A DNA stretch of 64,000 bases from Guillardia theta CCMP2712 (Eukaryota > Protista > Cryptophyta): assembly GCF_000315625.1 (NCBI RefSeq), contig NW_005434513.1, forward strand, positions 20,381-84,380, read 5' to 3'. The position numbers were made by a program, and so were the translations under genes. Positions 12,001 through 24,545 of the stretch are shown piece after piece (within the stretch, counting starts at the first letter, position 1; every line of letters starts with the position of its first letter). The notes under the pieces were generated by a model. It saw only the letters and a list, made by a program, of their open reading frames with translations, was not told the origin of the DNA and did no database searches.

Positions 12001-12502
12001 GTGGGGAGAGTTTGGAGGGGGAGGGAGGAGGGAGAGTTGAGGGGAGATGGATGAGGGATGAGGGGGAGTGGGGGGAGTGGGAGGAAAGAGAGAGAAGGGA
12101 GGGGGAGGAGGGAGGAGGGAGGACGGGAGGAGGGAGGAAGGGAGGAGGGAGGAAGGGAGGAGGGAGGAAGGGAGGAGAGAAGAGGGAGGAAGGAGGAAGG
12201 AGGAAGGAGGAAGAAGGAAGAAGGAGGGAGGAGGGAGGAGGGAGGGGGGAGGGGGGATCGTCACCGATGAGGAAGACCCACGTCGACCCACTTGGAATCT
12301 CCCAACGTGCTGGGAACAGAACGACGCGAGATACGCCTTTCGAGTCAGCTGTCACAGGTATATGCGTCAGCTGTCCTCTAGCTGAAAGTCTTTGACTAGC
12401 CATACCGATCTCAACGGCAAACACAGTACAGCCAAGATGGAGGAACACCTGAGAAATTGTCACAGCAAGACATTCTACATGTTTTCATCATCATCATCAT
12501 CA

Positions 12503-12533
<31 letters not shown>

Positions 12534-15500
12534 TATCATCTTCATCATCATCATATCAATCTTCAATTTTCTCTCACCATATTTGCAAGTTCTGCAAATG
12601 TCTTGCCCTCAAAGAAAGGAGACAGTTTGGCACGATAGATCTCTTTGCCGCAACTTTGTACATATTCCTGTCGAGCAGAAGCTCAGCAACAACAAATACA
12701 AAAGTACACTTCACTCTCCTTCTCTCCTTGCTACTTGACATCAACTCTCCCTCCTGCTCCTCTTGCTCCCCTCTTCACCACTTGATCCAGATGCTAAGGC
12801 CACCTACTATCCTCTCCATCCGTTTGCTCCTCCTCCTCCTCCTGCCCCTCTCACCACTTCTCCTTCTCCTGCTTCTCCTCCTCTTCTCCTGCTCTCTCAC
12901 AAACGTCTTCCTCCACCTGCATCCAGGTCTCCATGTTGTCCTTGGGCTCAGCGTTGGAGGAGCGGATGAGGTTGCTGATCATGGTGGAGAACCCTGGGCA
13001 GATGCAGCTCTTGCCCAGCAGGTTCAACTTGATCTCGTCAGTGCAGAGCACCTGACATGGAGGAGAGGAGAGGAGAGGAGAGGAGGAGAAGAGGAGAGGA
13101 GAGGAGAGGAGAGGAGAGGCCGACAGGTGCCGTAGGGATGGGAGGAAGGAAGCAGAGTTAAGAAGAAATGAGCGAGTTTGAGATGTCGGACAATGACAAA
13201 CGGGAAGATAACGTGGAGAGGAGAAGAAAAGTCAGCAAACCCCGATAAAATCATCTTGTTTTCACCTGATGGAATGTTCTGCCATAACGAGATCTCGTGA
13301 AGTTTTCACTACTGTGAAAGAGGAAAATACAATTTCAAAAATGAATGAAAATTTCAAGGAGATTTTAAAGTTCCTGTCTGGCGCAATCAATTGCATCACT
13401 ACCAGCGTGTCTTTCTTTGAGTACTTTGCAACCAGTTACACGATGAAGCGAAGAAATATGAAAACCTTCTGGATGTACTTTTTGATGCTCATTGCTTTCA
13501 ATACAGTAGACTGCAATGAAAGGAAGATCAATGGCTGGAGGAGAGGGACAAGGATTGAAGGACCAATGGAAGGAAGTTGTGAACATGCCCAAGACAAAAG
13601 AATATGATCATTGATCATCAACAAAAGCATCAACACCACCTTGATCTGTATTATCGATTTTCACCCTTCTCCTCGTCTCCTCCTCCCCATCATCATCACC
13701 ACCACCACCGCCGGCACCACCACCACCACCACCATCTCCATCGCCATCGCCATCTCCATCTCCATCTCCATCTCCATCTCCATCTCCATCTCCATCTCCA
13801 TCTTCATCATTTCTTCTGCTCTTCTTCACCTGATCAGCCGCCTTCGGATCGTCGGTGTCCTTGTTGGTGAGGATGAAAAAACATTTCGCTCCTCTACGTC
13901 AAGACATCAGCAGGAACTTTCGAAAAAAATTGACGAGTCAGCCGCCGCTAGTCAAACACCTCGCGTCAGCTCGGCTCAGGTCATGATCCTCAAATGCTGA
14001 TCCCTGGAGATACTTGACCTGGATTGCAAAATCAGCTAAACTACCAGATCGGAAAACAAAAGTTTCGCGCCTTGCCGAGCCAGTTTGGAGAGTCGATGAG
14101 AGAGAGGATAGACAGGGAAGGATGCTCCTCGCTCAGAAGAACGACGTTGATGATCTGATGTAGGAGAGGGGAAAAGATGTAAGGCGGTAAGTTAGAAAGT
14201 TGAACGAGGAAAATCGACAATAATCAGAAACAAATAAAATGTTTGGGGAACATCTCTTATTTGTTTCCCTTACACATCTTTTTAAACAAGTTCTCCTCAA
14301 TTTCCTCGTTGCCCATCCCTCCCCTGCTCCCGTGCTCTCTTGCTTCTTCACTGATCTGTTCCCATCTCCCATCTCCCATCTCCCATCTCCCATCTCCCAT
14401 CTCCCATCTCCCATCTCCCTTCTCCCATCTCCCATCCCCCATCCCCCATCTCCCATCTCCCATCTCACATACAAGGCAGCAAACTCCAGCTCCCTCACCT
14501 TCGCCATCTCGCCATGATCGGAGTGGAACATCTCATCAAGAAAGTCGCTCAGAGTCGTGTAGCTGAAACTCCCACAGACTACGACGTGCTGCAAGTTCCA
14601 TCAGCAGTCTCCACTCCACTCTAGAGAAACGAGATAAAAAAAAGTCATCATTGCCTGCGTTCCCTTTCTCTTCTTGTAGGCGGCTCTTACATATACAGAG
14701 TCCACGGACAACAGACGCATGATTTCATTGAGCTGCAAACAACAAGCATCACAATCGTCAACGTCGTCAATGTATCATCGCACCTGATCGCCGACGAACG
14801 CAAGTGCAAAACAAATCATCGTCATCACCAGCATCTGCAGACATCGCATGTCACAGAGAAGAAGCTTGCAACCATTGCTCGTGGCTCCTCCTTGCACCTT
14901 GCCGGGGATAGACTTTGGTGAGAAATCTCCGTATCCCACTTGTCGCGTCATGTCAGCGTCATCAGCATCCGCACCTGATCGTACCTGAACTTACTGTGAC
15001 GACTGTGAAGTAGAGCGCGTCATGAAACCATATCCTGAAGTCAGGTCTGCACCAAGAACAATCATGCTCTCAGCAAGTTTGACAAGGACGCTATCAACGA
15101 GTCACCTGTAGTTCTGCTCCACCGTCATGAAGAGCCCAGCAAAGCAGAACATCACGCTCCCGAACGTCAGCAGCACCTGAGAACTTTTCAGCTGCGCAAG
15201 TAGCCTTCACCACCTGCGGCCTAGCACATACTTTGATCATGTGAAAGAAGACCCCTGAACTCCCGTCTACCGGATTCTCTGCATCGCTGCAGCTCGTGTC
15301 ATACACGACGACGAGGTGACAAGTGACAGCCGTTACCTGTCGTTCTCTTGGGATAATAAGATCAGGACCCGGAGGATTCGCAGCAGACAGACTACTCGAA
15401 GGAAACCTAGCTGGCTGGCGACGTTGATCTCGGTCGTGATTCCCTTCTTCTGTGTGATCTCGTCGTAGGTTTGTATGACGTTTGACGCGAGCAGGATGAG

Positions 15501-16210
15501 AAGTGGAGGGAAGACTGTGAGAATGTCGATGATGGTGAGCGCCTGCCGCAGGTGGGTCCATCGATTTTCAGCTGTGAAAAGGTGGAAAGTCAGACATATA
15601 TGGAGGGAGGAGGGGGGAGGGAGGAGGGAGGAGGGAGGAGGGAGGGAGGAGGGAGGAGGGAGGAGGGAGGAGGGAGGAGGGAGGAGGGAGGAGGGAGGCG
15701 TCAAGTAGAAGAATGGATCTTTGGTTGACCAGCATAGAAGCGAAGGACGAACTCCGTCAAAAAGAAGTAGAGGAAGACATCTTGAATATTCTGCGAGGTC
15801 TGAACGAACTTTATGGAAGTTTCTCGGACATCCATGGGATGATCGTAGTACGTTGTGGTGACGTACAATACCACAGACGCCAACGAGAGAAGAATGTTCA
15901 TGACGTCCATTGCAACCCCGAACCTCGTTGCATTGATGTAATAGTGCAGCCTTGACCTGGAGGGCGGTCAAATGTTTCGCTCATGAGCCAGGAAACTCAT
16001 ATCAACCTGAGGTTGGTGGCAACATGCAGCAATCTGCGGATTCGTCTCTTCACAAAGTTCACCATTTTGACCTCGCAAGTTCTTACTGAGAGCTCAGGCT
16101 CCCTCTCAGAGCTCCTCAGTCTCCCTGTATCCTGACTTCCTTGTCTCTATCTCTCTCCTCTCTCCTCGATCACCATCGCTCCCGCTGTCTCCCGCTCCTC
16201 CCACCGCCAT
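9070..16210 (-). CDS. Slo/BK-family (RCK-domain) potassium channel with C-terminal C2 domain
   Basis: S1 MDVMNILLSLASVVLYV; S4 LGFLRVVCLLRILRV; pore IWFHDALYFTVVTVSS|VGYGDFSPKSIPGK; RCK1 QHVVVCGSFSYTTLSDFLDEMFHSDH and LCTDEIKLNLLGKSCICPGFSTMISNL; RCK2 VFFVQGTPLDQRDLVRAG...PPFAAGHVFLNSVIDRLMSQCMYN; C2-like segment at ~9850-10370. About 20 exons. Confidence 0.92.
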
Positions 16211-16513
16211 CTTCAGCCATAGAGCGCCAAGTCCAATTTTTGCCAGTGTGTCAACTTACCCCTGCTTTGACCCCAGGTTTGACCCCTGTTTGACCCACCC
16301 AGGGACGGGTTGGGTGGGGATGAGGGTCCTTTCCTTTGGGGTTTGAAAATGGATCGGTAGAAAACCTTACAATAAAAAATCGCAGATCTTGAAGGGAACA
16401 TATGGAAAAATATTGGAAATTAATAAAAGTTGTAGTGATTTTGTGAGGATCTCTTATGGAAATGGAGTAAATTTATAGCGCAGGAGCAGCGTGCAGCAGC
16501 GAGGAGCGGCGCC

Positions 16514-17540
16514 ATGGTGAGTGAAGGGGGACGGGAGGGAGGGAGGGGGAGGGGGAGGAAGGGGAGGAGAAGGAGGAGAAGGAGGATGGCGAAGGGAAGC
16601 AGGACATGGTTGGCAGATGGGAGTGAGGTTGAGGAGGAGCACGGGAGGAAGGAGTGAATGTTTGCGATGCAACGGTCATTGGCGAAGGGATCCTTGGTGA
16701 TTTGAGGCAAATAAGCGTATGATGAGTGTATGAGGTGATGGTTTTGGCAAGTGAAACTTTGTCTTCACAACGTCATACTTAAGGATGTTACCATCCGAAT
16801 CTCTGTCTTCATATCCTGTTTGTGATTTAGTTTCTCATGTGCATGTTGCGGGCTGTGGTGTAGAGTTTGCGAGTTTTTAGGACATTGGTCAACTCTTTGT
16901 CATCGATTGACTCTTTCGCAGCTTCCCCTCTCACTCTTGCGAGCTGGGAAGGATAATCCCATGGTAGAACTTGTCTTTGTGTTCGAACGTGTCAATAATA
17001 CTCTCAACCAGCTTGTGGAATTGAAGAATGGAGAGACATACAACGGGATTCTGGTCAACTGTGATATCTGGATGAACCTCAGTCTGCGCGATGTTGTTTG
17101 CACATCGAGGGTGCGGCTTGTTCTTCTGCTCTCAATCTCTGCATGCTGATGCTGCTGTAACAGGACGGTGACAAATTCTGGAAGATCCCAGAGTGCTATA
17201 TCCGCGGCAACAACATCAAGTATCTACGTGTTCCTGACGAAGTGATAGACAAAGTGGTTGATGAGCCAGTGAAGAGTAAGGAGATCTATCCTGTGCTTCC
17301 CTTCTCTGACCATCTCGCAGAGGAGCGCAAGGAATTCGCTGGACGAGGACGTGGGCGAGGGGTGATTGGAAATCGTGGGGGTGGAAATCAAGGAGGAGGA
17401 GGACGAGGACAGGTAGACATCTTTCCTCCTCCCTGCTAATTGTATGAGACTTTCTTACCGGTTAACAGGGTGCTGATCGTGGAGGACGAGGAGGCAGAGG
17501 AGGAGGACGAGGAGGACGAGGAGGAGGAAGAGGACAGTGA
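16514..17540 (+). CDS. LSM4: U6 snRNA-associated Sm-like protein LSm4
   Basis: M|[14 protein letters not shown]|[33 protein letters not shown]|[29 protein letters not shown] plus an RGG-rich tail. The first coding exon is ATG only (ATG|gtgagt). Confidence 0.96.
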
Positions 17541-17752
17541 GATAGGACAGCAGGAAGAGAAGTCCATCGGATATTGTCTGTCTATCACTAACTGTACAAT
17601 GATGCGAGAAATCTTGAGTGGTAAAAGGATCGGATGATTAAACCAAGCTTGTTTTGATTTCCTTAAGAACAAACATCAATTCATGATGAATTGATTGAAA
17701 CTGAGACTCAGTAGAGGGAAAAATGAGAAAAGCTCAGTTAAATCTGTCTCTC

Positions 17753-17935
17753 TTAAACGCCAGTGAACAGCATCCCCTCGGTCGTGTACTTGGTTGACAC
17801 GGCGCGATCCTCCGTCTCGCCACCGATCAACTTCTTGGGAGTGCTCACGATGGCAGAGGCCTCATCGTCGAGTACAGAAGCATCCGACTGCTTAGGGAGA
17901 TAATCCGCAATAGTCTGTCTGAGCAGGGCAAACAT
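17753..17935 (-). CDS. Small hypothetical protein (last exon; upstream exons likely out to ~18670)
   Basis: 60-aa ORF MFALLRQTIADYLPKQSDASVLDDEASAIVSTPKK... preceded directly by a tttag acceptor. An exon-like segment lies at ~18483-18510. Confidence 0.4.
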   Translation of the reverse strand: MFALLRQTIADYLPKQSDASVLDDEASAIVSTPKKLIGGETEDRAVSTKYTTEGMLFTGV

Positions 17936-18917
17936 CTAAAGGCACGCAGACAGTGAGTAAGGAGTGAAAAATTCGATGATCGCACATTCATGCGCGAGAT
18001 ACATTGCAAATCAAGTAAGCAAATCACGCCTTCTTATCGCATGAGAACAAAGAAACATTTTCCCATGGAAATAAACAAACATTGCATGAGAAGAAACATT
18101 TCCCCGTGGAAGTAAACAAACATTGCCTTCTACAAGCAAGAACATTCATACACGCCCTCAATCAAACAGTTACAGCCATGACATCAGATCACAGCCCGAT
18201 GCCAACATAAACCATCCTATCCATGCACGCGGACAAATACATAAATCACGCTATCCATGTTACGCGAACTACTGACGACAAGCAGTTCCCCAATTACATT
18301 AGTTATAAGCAAAAATGAACATGGTTTCTTCTTTTTCCTCCTTGCCCTCCACGTTTCACTGGGAGCTCAAGAGTCGTTACATTCACTAGAGTCTCTTATC
18401 GCTGAAGCATCAACATGACATTTCAACTAGTGCTCGAGTCCTTTACTGCTCCCCCTGTCTCACACCATAGACATGTTCATACCTCAACCATGTAGTAAAC
18501 TTTTGGATTCCTACAAGAGAAAAACCTTCTTGACGCATCTGAATCTCGGGAATAAACAACTCAGTCATTCAATATCTCTCTGATGCTTCACATTCGCTGC
18601 TTCCCTGACTCGCTCGTCCCGCTCTCTCTCCTCCCCCTCCTCCATGTTCATGCTCATCGCGGTCGGCATGCCACGGTGAGCTCGATTCCGAATTTAGATC
18701 TGACCGTTACAAGCGCATTTTGAAACGGTCACTGGCTTGACTAAAAAAGGGACAGTGTCGAACGAAGGGTTGACCTGTCAACGATACTCAAGTCAATAAA
18801 GTTCTCATTATTGTCATAATTGTCATAATTGTCATAATTGTCAGTTGTATTGATCAGAGAAGTTTCATACTCGGCAAGCAGTTGACAGCTACACTGACAT
18901 GTTGAGAGAGACGATCG

Positions 18918-21900
18918 TCACAACCGTTGAACCGTCATGGCGGCAGCGATGCCAGCTGGCAGCCATGGGGAGGGCAGGGCAAACGCTGAGCTCATGGGGA
19001 CTGGAGCGATGACAGTCTGACTGACAGTCACTGAGCTGACAGAAGAGACTGAGTGCCCGGCATTGAGCAGGTTGTCTTGCTGGCTGACAGCTCTGTCGAG
19101 CTTCTCTTGGGTGATGCTGGTCGTCTTGTCTTGGTTGGAGGATGAAGTCACAACAAGGGTAGTGATGTCTACTCCCCCTGTCTGCCTCCTGCCTCCCGCT
19201 GCTGCCTTGGCTGAGCTCGTGATGGTAGTGTCTGGGTTGTCGACAAGCTGCATTGCGACGAGCACGGATCGTTCGATGGACTTCTTGATCTCTCCTGCTC
19301 CGAGGTCAGATCAGGGATGAACGAAGGCAGAGAGAGCCTGGGAGGAGGGCGCGAGCCAAGTGGAGGAGGAAAGAGAGTGGAGGAGGAGAGAGATTGGGAT
19401 ACGGAGGGGAAGATGGAGATTGTTCACCGGCATAGTCGGAAACTTTTTTCCCTTACACCTTGGCGACGAACGCAGCTGAGATCTTACTGGCGCTAGGAGG
19501 AGTCTGACTGATGGCTCCACAGTCCCCGCTCGAAGAGCATGCGATGCATCTGGAGTTGGCGTCCTTGTAGTAGCCGCTGATGCATGTGCCCCCGCACTTG
19601 CCGTCTGACTTGGTGGTGCAGGTGACAGTCCCGACACAGTGAGGGTCTTTGGGGCAAGAGACGCACAGGCCAGAGTCATCCTGGTAGGAGGTCGGCCTGC
19701 ATGAGCGACCAAACGTCATGGCGAGTCTGGCGGTAGTGGAAGCGTCGCAGGAAGGGGGCTGGTTGTTGTAGAGGATATTGGACTTATGCAGCTGATCCTG
19801 CTGGTCGTTGTAGTCCCAGTCCAGCTCCGTGTACTGCAGCAACGCCACGCCTGACCGCCTTGAGCTCCAGGCGTCCCAGGGGAACGAGAAGCTTGTCGTC
19901 GCATGTCTGTGCTCGCCTTCGACAGCCAGGGCGTCGTCAAGCCCATGTCAGCGACGATGCAGGAGACAGTCTGGTCGCTTCCCCTCAGGTCGCCAATGGA
20001 CTCCAAGGTCGCGGCCATACTCATCAGGTTCTCCCCGGAGACTTTCATCCTCATGGCCACGTCCATTCCAGCTCGTGACACCGCAAAGTGCTGGAAGAAG
20101 CTCGGGAGAGAGTTGTCCAGCAGGTCTCGAGTGCTGGCAGCGCCGGTGAGGGACAGGAGGGCTGACTGTGAAGCAGCTCGAAGACTTTTGGACCTCAACG
20201 TCGACTGCCCTTGCGAAATCTCAAGGCTGATCGCTGAAACTCCGCGGTAGTCAAAAGTCAATGAGCCCGAGTGATCCATGTCAAGGTCGATGCTCCCAGC
20301 GGGAATGCAAACGATGGTTGTGGCAGCTCCTTCCAGCAGGTTCTTAGCTGAGGTCCATTCATAGTCTCCTGTGCCCATGAGCAGCAGCTGCTCCTTTCCT
20401 TCCTTCAGGAGCTTCAAAGAGGCGCCATAAGGGCTTCGCACCCATCTCAGTCTCCCTTCAAGGCTCCACTCGGACCATCGTTCCTTGTTCACGATGAAGA
20501 GGCTCGAGATCCTTCCTCGCAGCTCGTTCGAGTTTGACGCGACCTCTGCCCCCAGGTCAAAGTCGAGCAGCTGTCGGCCTCGGAAGGCGTTTCGGCACAT
20601 GACATTGACAGTCGTGACGCCAGAGGATGTTTGAAGATTCCCGGCTAGTCCCAAGTCAATCACCAGCTCCTTTCCCAGCGACACATTCATCAGAGCTCTA
20701 CCGTACGTACGTTCGTCAGTAGAATCGTCAAGCTGTACGTAGGACGATAGCCAGGGAGAGCCATGCAGGTCACTCACAGCGACATGCCCGGACCTCGGAA
20801 CCATCCGTGACGAGTCAAGCTCTGCCGCCATCGAGCCCACGACGTTGACGACATCCGATCCGACGTGCCCCTCGAGCGAGCTGAAGCCGCTGACAAGCTG
20901 ATCTAACATGGTCCCTGTCCGCGTCATGTTCATCTTCAAAGGCTTCCCCTGCCACGTCCCCACCAGCCCCGGAGCTAGACGAAGCCTCCTCTCGTCTCTC
21001 ACCTCCTGGCACCTGCTGTTGCACGAGAAATACTTGCCTTGCTCTAACACAACCGTCTGGTTGCACGCGCTCAAAGAGTCGTAGCCTAGAGTCAAAGCCA
21101 GGTCTCCCTTCGCCTCAAGGCTTACACTTCCTACTGACGGCCCCAGCAAGAGCCGAGTAGAGTAGCTCGCCACAAGCTCCGACGATTTCTTGCTGGTTTT
21201 ATCGAAGGGCAGCACTCCAGCAACGGCAGCATTGGAGCTTGGGCATGAAGGGCTGCTGGAGTAGGACTCATTGCGAGAGCCCTTGGCCAGCAGAGAGCCT
21301 GTCCAGCTCAGCACGTGCTGATCTGGGAGAACGAAGGTCACGTTGCCTTGTCCGGCAAGTAGGTGATGGGCATCAATACTGCCGGTCACAGACGCGTTGA
21401 GCAGGATCAGCTGCTTCCGGTCTTCGCTGATGCGCAGGTAACCTTGATAGCAGCTTTGCGGCCAGGCGGCGCTCAACGAGGTGTCAAAGAGATCAATCTC
21501 AATCAGCAGGGTCAGCCCGATGCTTCTAGGAGCCTCCAGGGACGCGCTAAGACCCAGCTCTGTGTGTAGTAAAGTCTTATCGTCCCATTTGACATCGGCC
21601 GAGAGGTCGATCGATCGATCGCTCCCTATCAAAAGACGTATTTTGAGCCTGTCAGCTTGCTTCAGGGTGTCTTTTCCCGTGAGGTTCAATTGCAGCTGGT
21701 TTTCGCTGGAAATGAGTTGACCATGAATATTCCCATCCAGGAGCTGAGAAGAGCCAGAGGCGAGACCGGGATGGCCACTAGACCGAAGATGTCACTATCA
21801 CCGCTATCACCGCTCCTGTCCTCCGTGAGCCAGCTGCCCTGTAGTGAGTACAGCTCCCGGTGACGAGTCGACATGGTGGAAGAGAAAGTCCTGTTGATGG

Positions 21901-23095
21901 GCAGGTCGATGAGGTAGACAGCGTCTGATAGCCCCCTTCCTGCCACGTTCCTCCACTCCCACTCAGCTGTCCCTTTGTCGTCCATAAGCTTCATCATGGC
22001 GTACAGTGTGTCGAACTTGTTGGGGCTGCCGGACATTTGGGCCATGCCTACATCGAGCTGAAGAGCGTGTCTGACCCACACGTCTCCATCGGCATCGACG
22101 TTGAGGTCGCAGGAAACTCTCAGGGAGTCTTCGTTCACATCACCTAGGCCGGTCGGAACTTGACTCGTCCTAGCCAGGAGGCTGAGGAGGCTGGAGCGGT
22201 CAATCTTGCTGAGGCGGGTGACATTGGCACGGGCATTGAAAGCAGGGACGCCTTGTCCGGACTCGAAGTAAGGGTTCTCAGCTAGGGTGAGGATGACGGA
22301 GGGGAGATACTCTGAGTCCAGCAAAGGCAACTTGGGGACCTCGGAACACCCTAGAGGGTTCTTGGCATAGCTGGCACAGAAGAGAAGTTTCCAACCGTCC
22401 ACAACGGTCACTTCGAGGCATCTTTCATTGCCATCGGCACCCAGCTGAGAACGACGATGCGCTTCATCGGTGCGACCTCTCTTGCCGACCTAAGGCTTGA
22501 TGGCGTAAGTCGTCTGGTTCCCAAACAAGGAACTGAACAAACGCGCGCTAGAAGGGGAGACGGTGGCAGTCACTGCAACTCCATACACAGGATGAGTTGT
22601 GAGAACGTTCATAAAGACTCCGATCGCTGGCCGCAAACTGCCCGCACCGCACTTTCCTCCTGCACAGGTGATGAAAAGATTCGCTCTGGACTGAGCCTGG
22701 CCCTTTCGCTCGCTCTCCTGCCCGGCGACAACCAGCCAAGTCGTGGGCAACGTCCCCACTCTGAGGAGCGCGTTGGACGGGTCAGCACTTGCAGCGGGGT
22801 CATCGGAGAGTTTCCCTTCAAATGCGGAAGCGCTGACGTCAAACGAGATCTCAGGAATGTGCAGGTAAACAGCCGAGATGACGGGGCTTTGGAGGAGAAC
22901 GAGAGGTAGTTTCGGCCTCACCAGTAGCACCTCGCGATTCTTGTCAACAGCAAACATGTTTGAAAGGCCTCGCATCAGTTCGCTCGCCCACTTGCGCATT
23001 CTCTTCCCGTCGGATTCAAAGGTCTCAGTACGATTTGGGACACTTGAGATTTTCAACAAGGTCCAGGAGCGTAGCGGTTTTCGCTGCCTTTTCAT
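18918..23095 (-). CDS. Large predicted cell-surface protein: beta-rich ectodomain, Cys-rich TNFR/furin-like module, GPI-signal-like C-terminus; possibly 5'-truncated
   Basis: Chained long ORFs 22490-23095, 21686-22411, 19716-21689, 19453-19848 (CRPTSYQDDSGLCVSCPKDPHCVGTVTCTTKSDGKCGGTCISGYYKDANSRCIAC) and 18918-19265 (ends SSAFALPSPWLPAGIAAAMTVQRL). Confidence 0.65.
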
Positions 23096-23196
23096 TTTCC
23101 TAGTATTTCATTGAGGCGGGTTTGTTGGATTTTTCCTCATCCTCCTTTGTTTGCTCCGGTTTGCCTTTTCTTTTCAGTCAATAAACGAATACAAAC

Positions 23197-24545
23197 ATGT
23201 CGGCTGTCGGCAGCAGCAGGTCGAGCAAGAAGAGGAGACTGGAGGGATCAGACGAGGCGAGAGAGGAGGGAGGAGAAGAAATGAACGCAAAGAGAGCGAA
23301 GAAGAGATCGCCAACACGAAGAAGTACATGCGAGCATGGACGACGGCGATCGCAATGCAAGGGCTGCGGGGGCGGCAGCATTTGCGAGCATGGACGGCGG
23401 CGATCGGTATGCAAGGACTGCGGGGGCAGGAGCATATGCGAGCACGGGCGGGTCAGATCAAAATGCAAGGAGTGCGGGGGCAGCAGCATATGCGAGCACG
23501 GGCGGGTCAGATCGGGATGCAAGGGATGCGGGGGGGGCAGCATATGCGAGCACGGGCGGCGGCGATCTCAATGCAAGGGATGCGGGGGGGGCAGCATATG
23601 CGAGCACGGGCGGGTCCGATCGGGATGCAAGGGCTGCGTGGGCAGGAGCATATGCGAGCACGGGCGGGTCCGATCGGTCTGCAAGGAGTGCGGGGGCAGG
23701 AGCATATGCGAGCACGGGCGGGTCCGATCTCAATGCAAGGGATGCGGGGGCAGCAGCATATGCGAGCACGGGCGGCGGCGATCGAGATGCAAGGAGTGCG
23801 GGGGCAGCAGCATATGCGAGCACGGGCGGCAGCGATCGAGATGCAAGGGATGCGGGGGCAGCAGCATATGCGAGCACGGGCGGGTCCGATCGGGATGCAA
23901 GGGCTGCGGGGGCAGCAGCATATGCGAGCACGGGCGGGTGAGATCGGTATGCAAGGGATGCGGGGGGGGCAGCATATGCGAGCACGGGCGGGTCCGATCA
24001 GGATGCAAGGAGTGCGGGGGGGGCAGCATGTGCGAGCACGGGCGGCAGCGATCGAGATGCAAGGAGTGCGGGGGCAGCAGCATATGCTGAGCACGGGCGG
24101 CAGCGATCGAGATGCAAGGGATGCGGGGGCAGCAGCATATGCGAGCACGGGCGGGTCAGATCTCAATGCAAGGACTGCGGGGGCAGCAGCATATGCGAGC
24201 ACGGGCGGCAGCGATCGGGATGCAAGGGATGCGGGGGGGGCAGCATATGCGAGCACGGGCGGGTCAGATCTCAATGCCAGGACTGCGGGGGGGGCAGCAT
24301 ATGCGAGCACGGGCGGGTCCGATCGAGATGCAAGGGCTGCGGGGGCAGCAGCATATGCGAGCACGGGCGGCAGCGATCGGTCTGCAAGGGATGCGGGGGA
24401 GGGAGCATATGCGAGCACGGGCGGGTCCGATGTCAATGCCAGGTCTGCGGGGGCGGCAGCATATGCGAGCACGGGCGGGAGCGATCGAAATGCAAGGAGT
24501 GTGGGGGAGGGAGCAGCAGGTACAAGCAGGGGAGGAGCTGATCAG
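23197..24545 (+). CDS. CEHGR-repeat putative zinc-finger array protein, copy A (NLS + 14 intact 18-aa repeats; a 1-nt insertion at ~24088 cuts off ~8 more)
   Basis: MSAVGSSRSSKKRRLEG... followed by (CEHGRxRSxCKxCGGxSI)n. The 54-bp unit reads catatgctgagcacggg instead of catatgcgagcacggg at 24081-24097. Confidence 0.85.
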
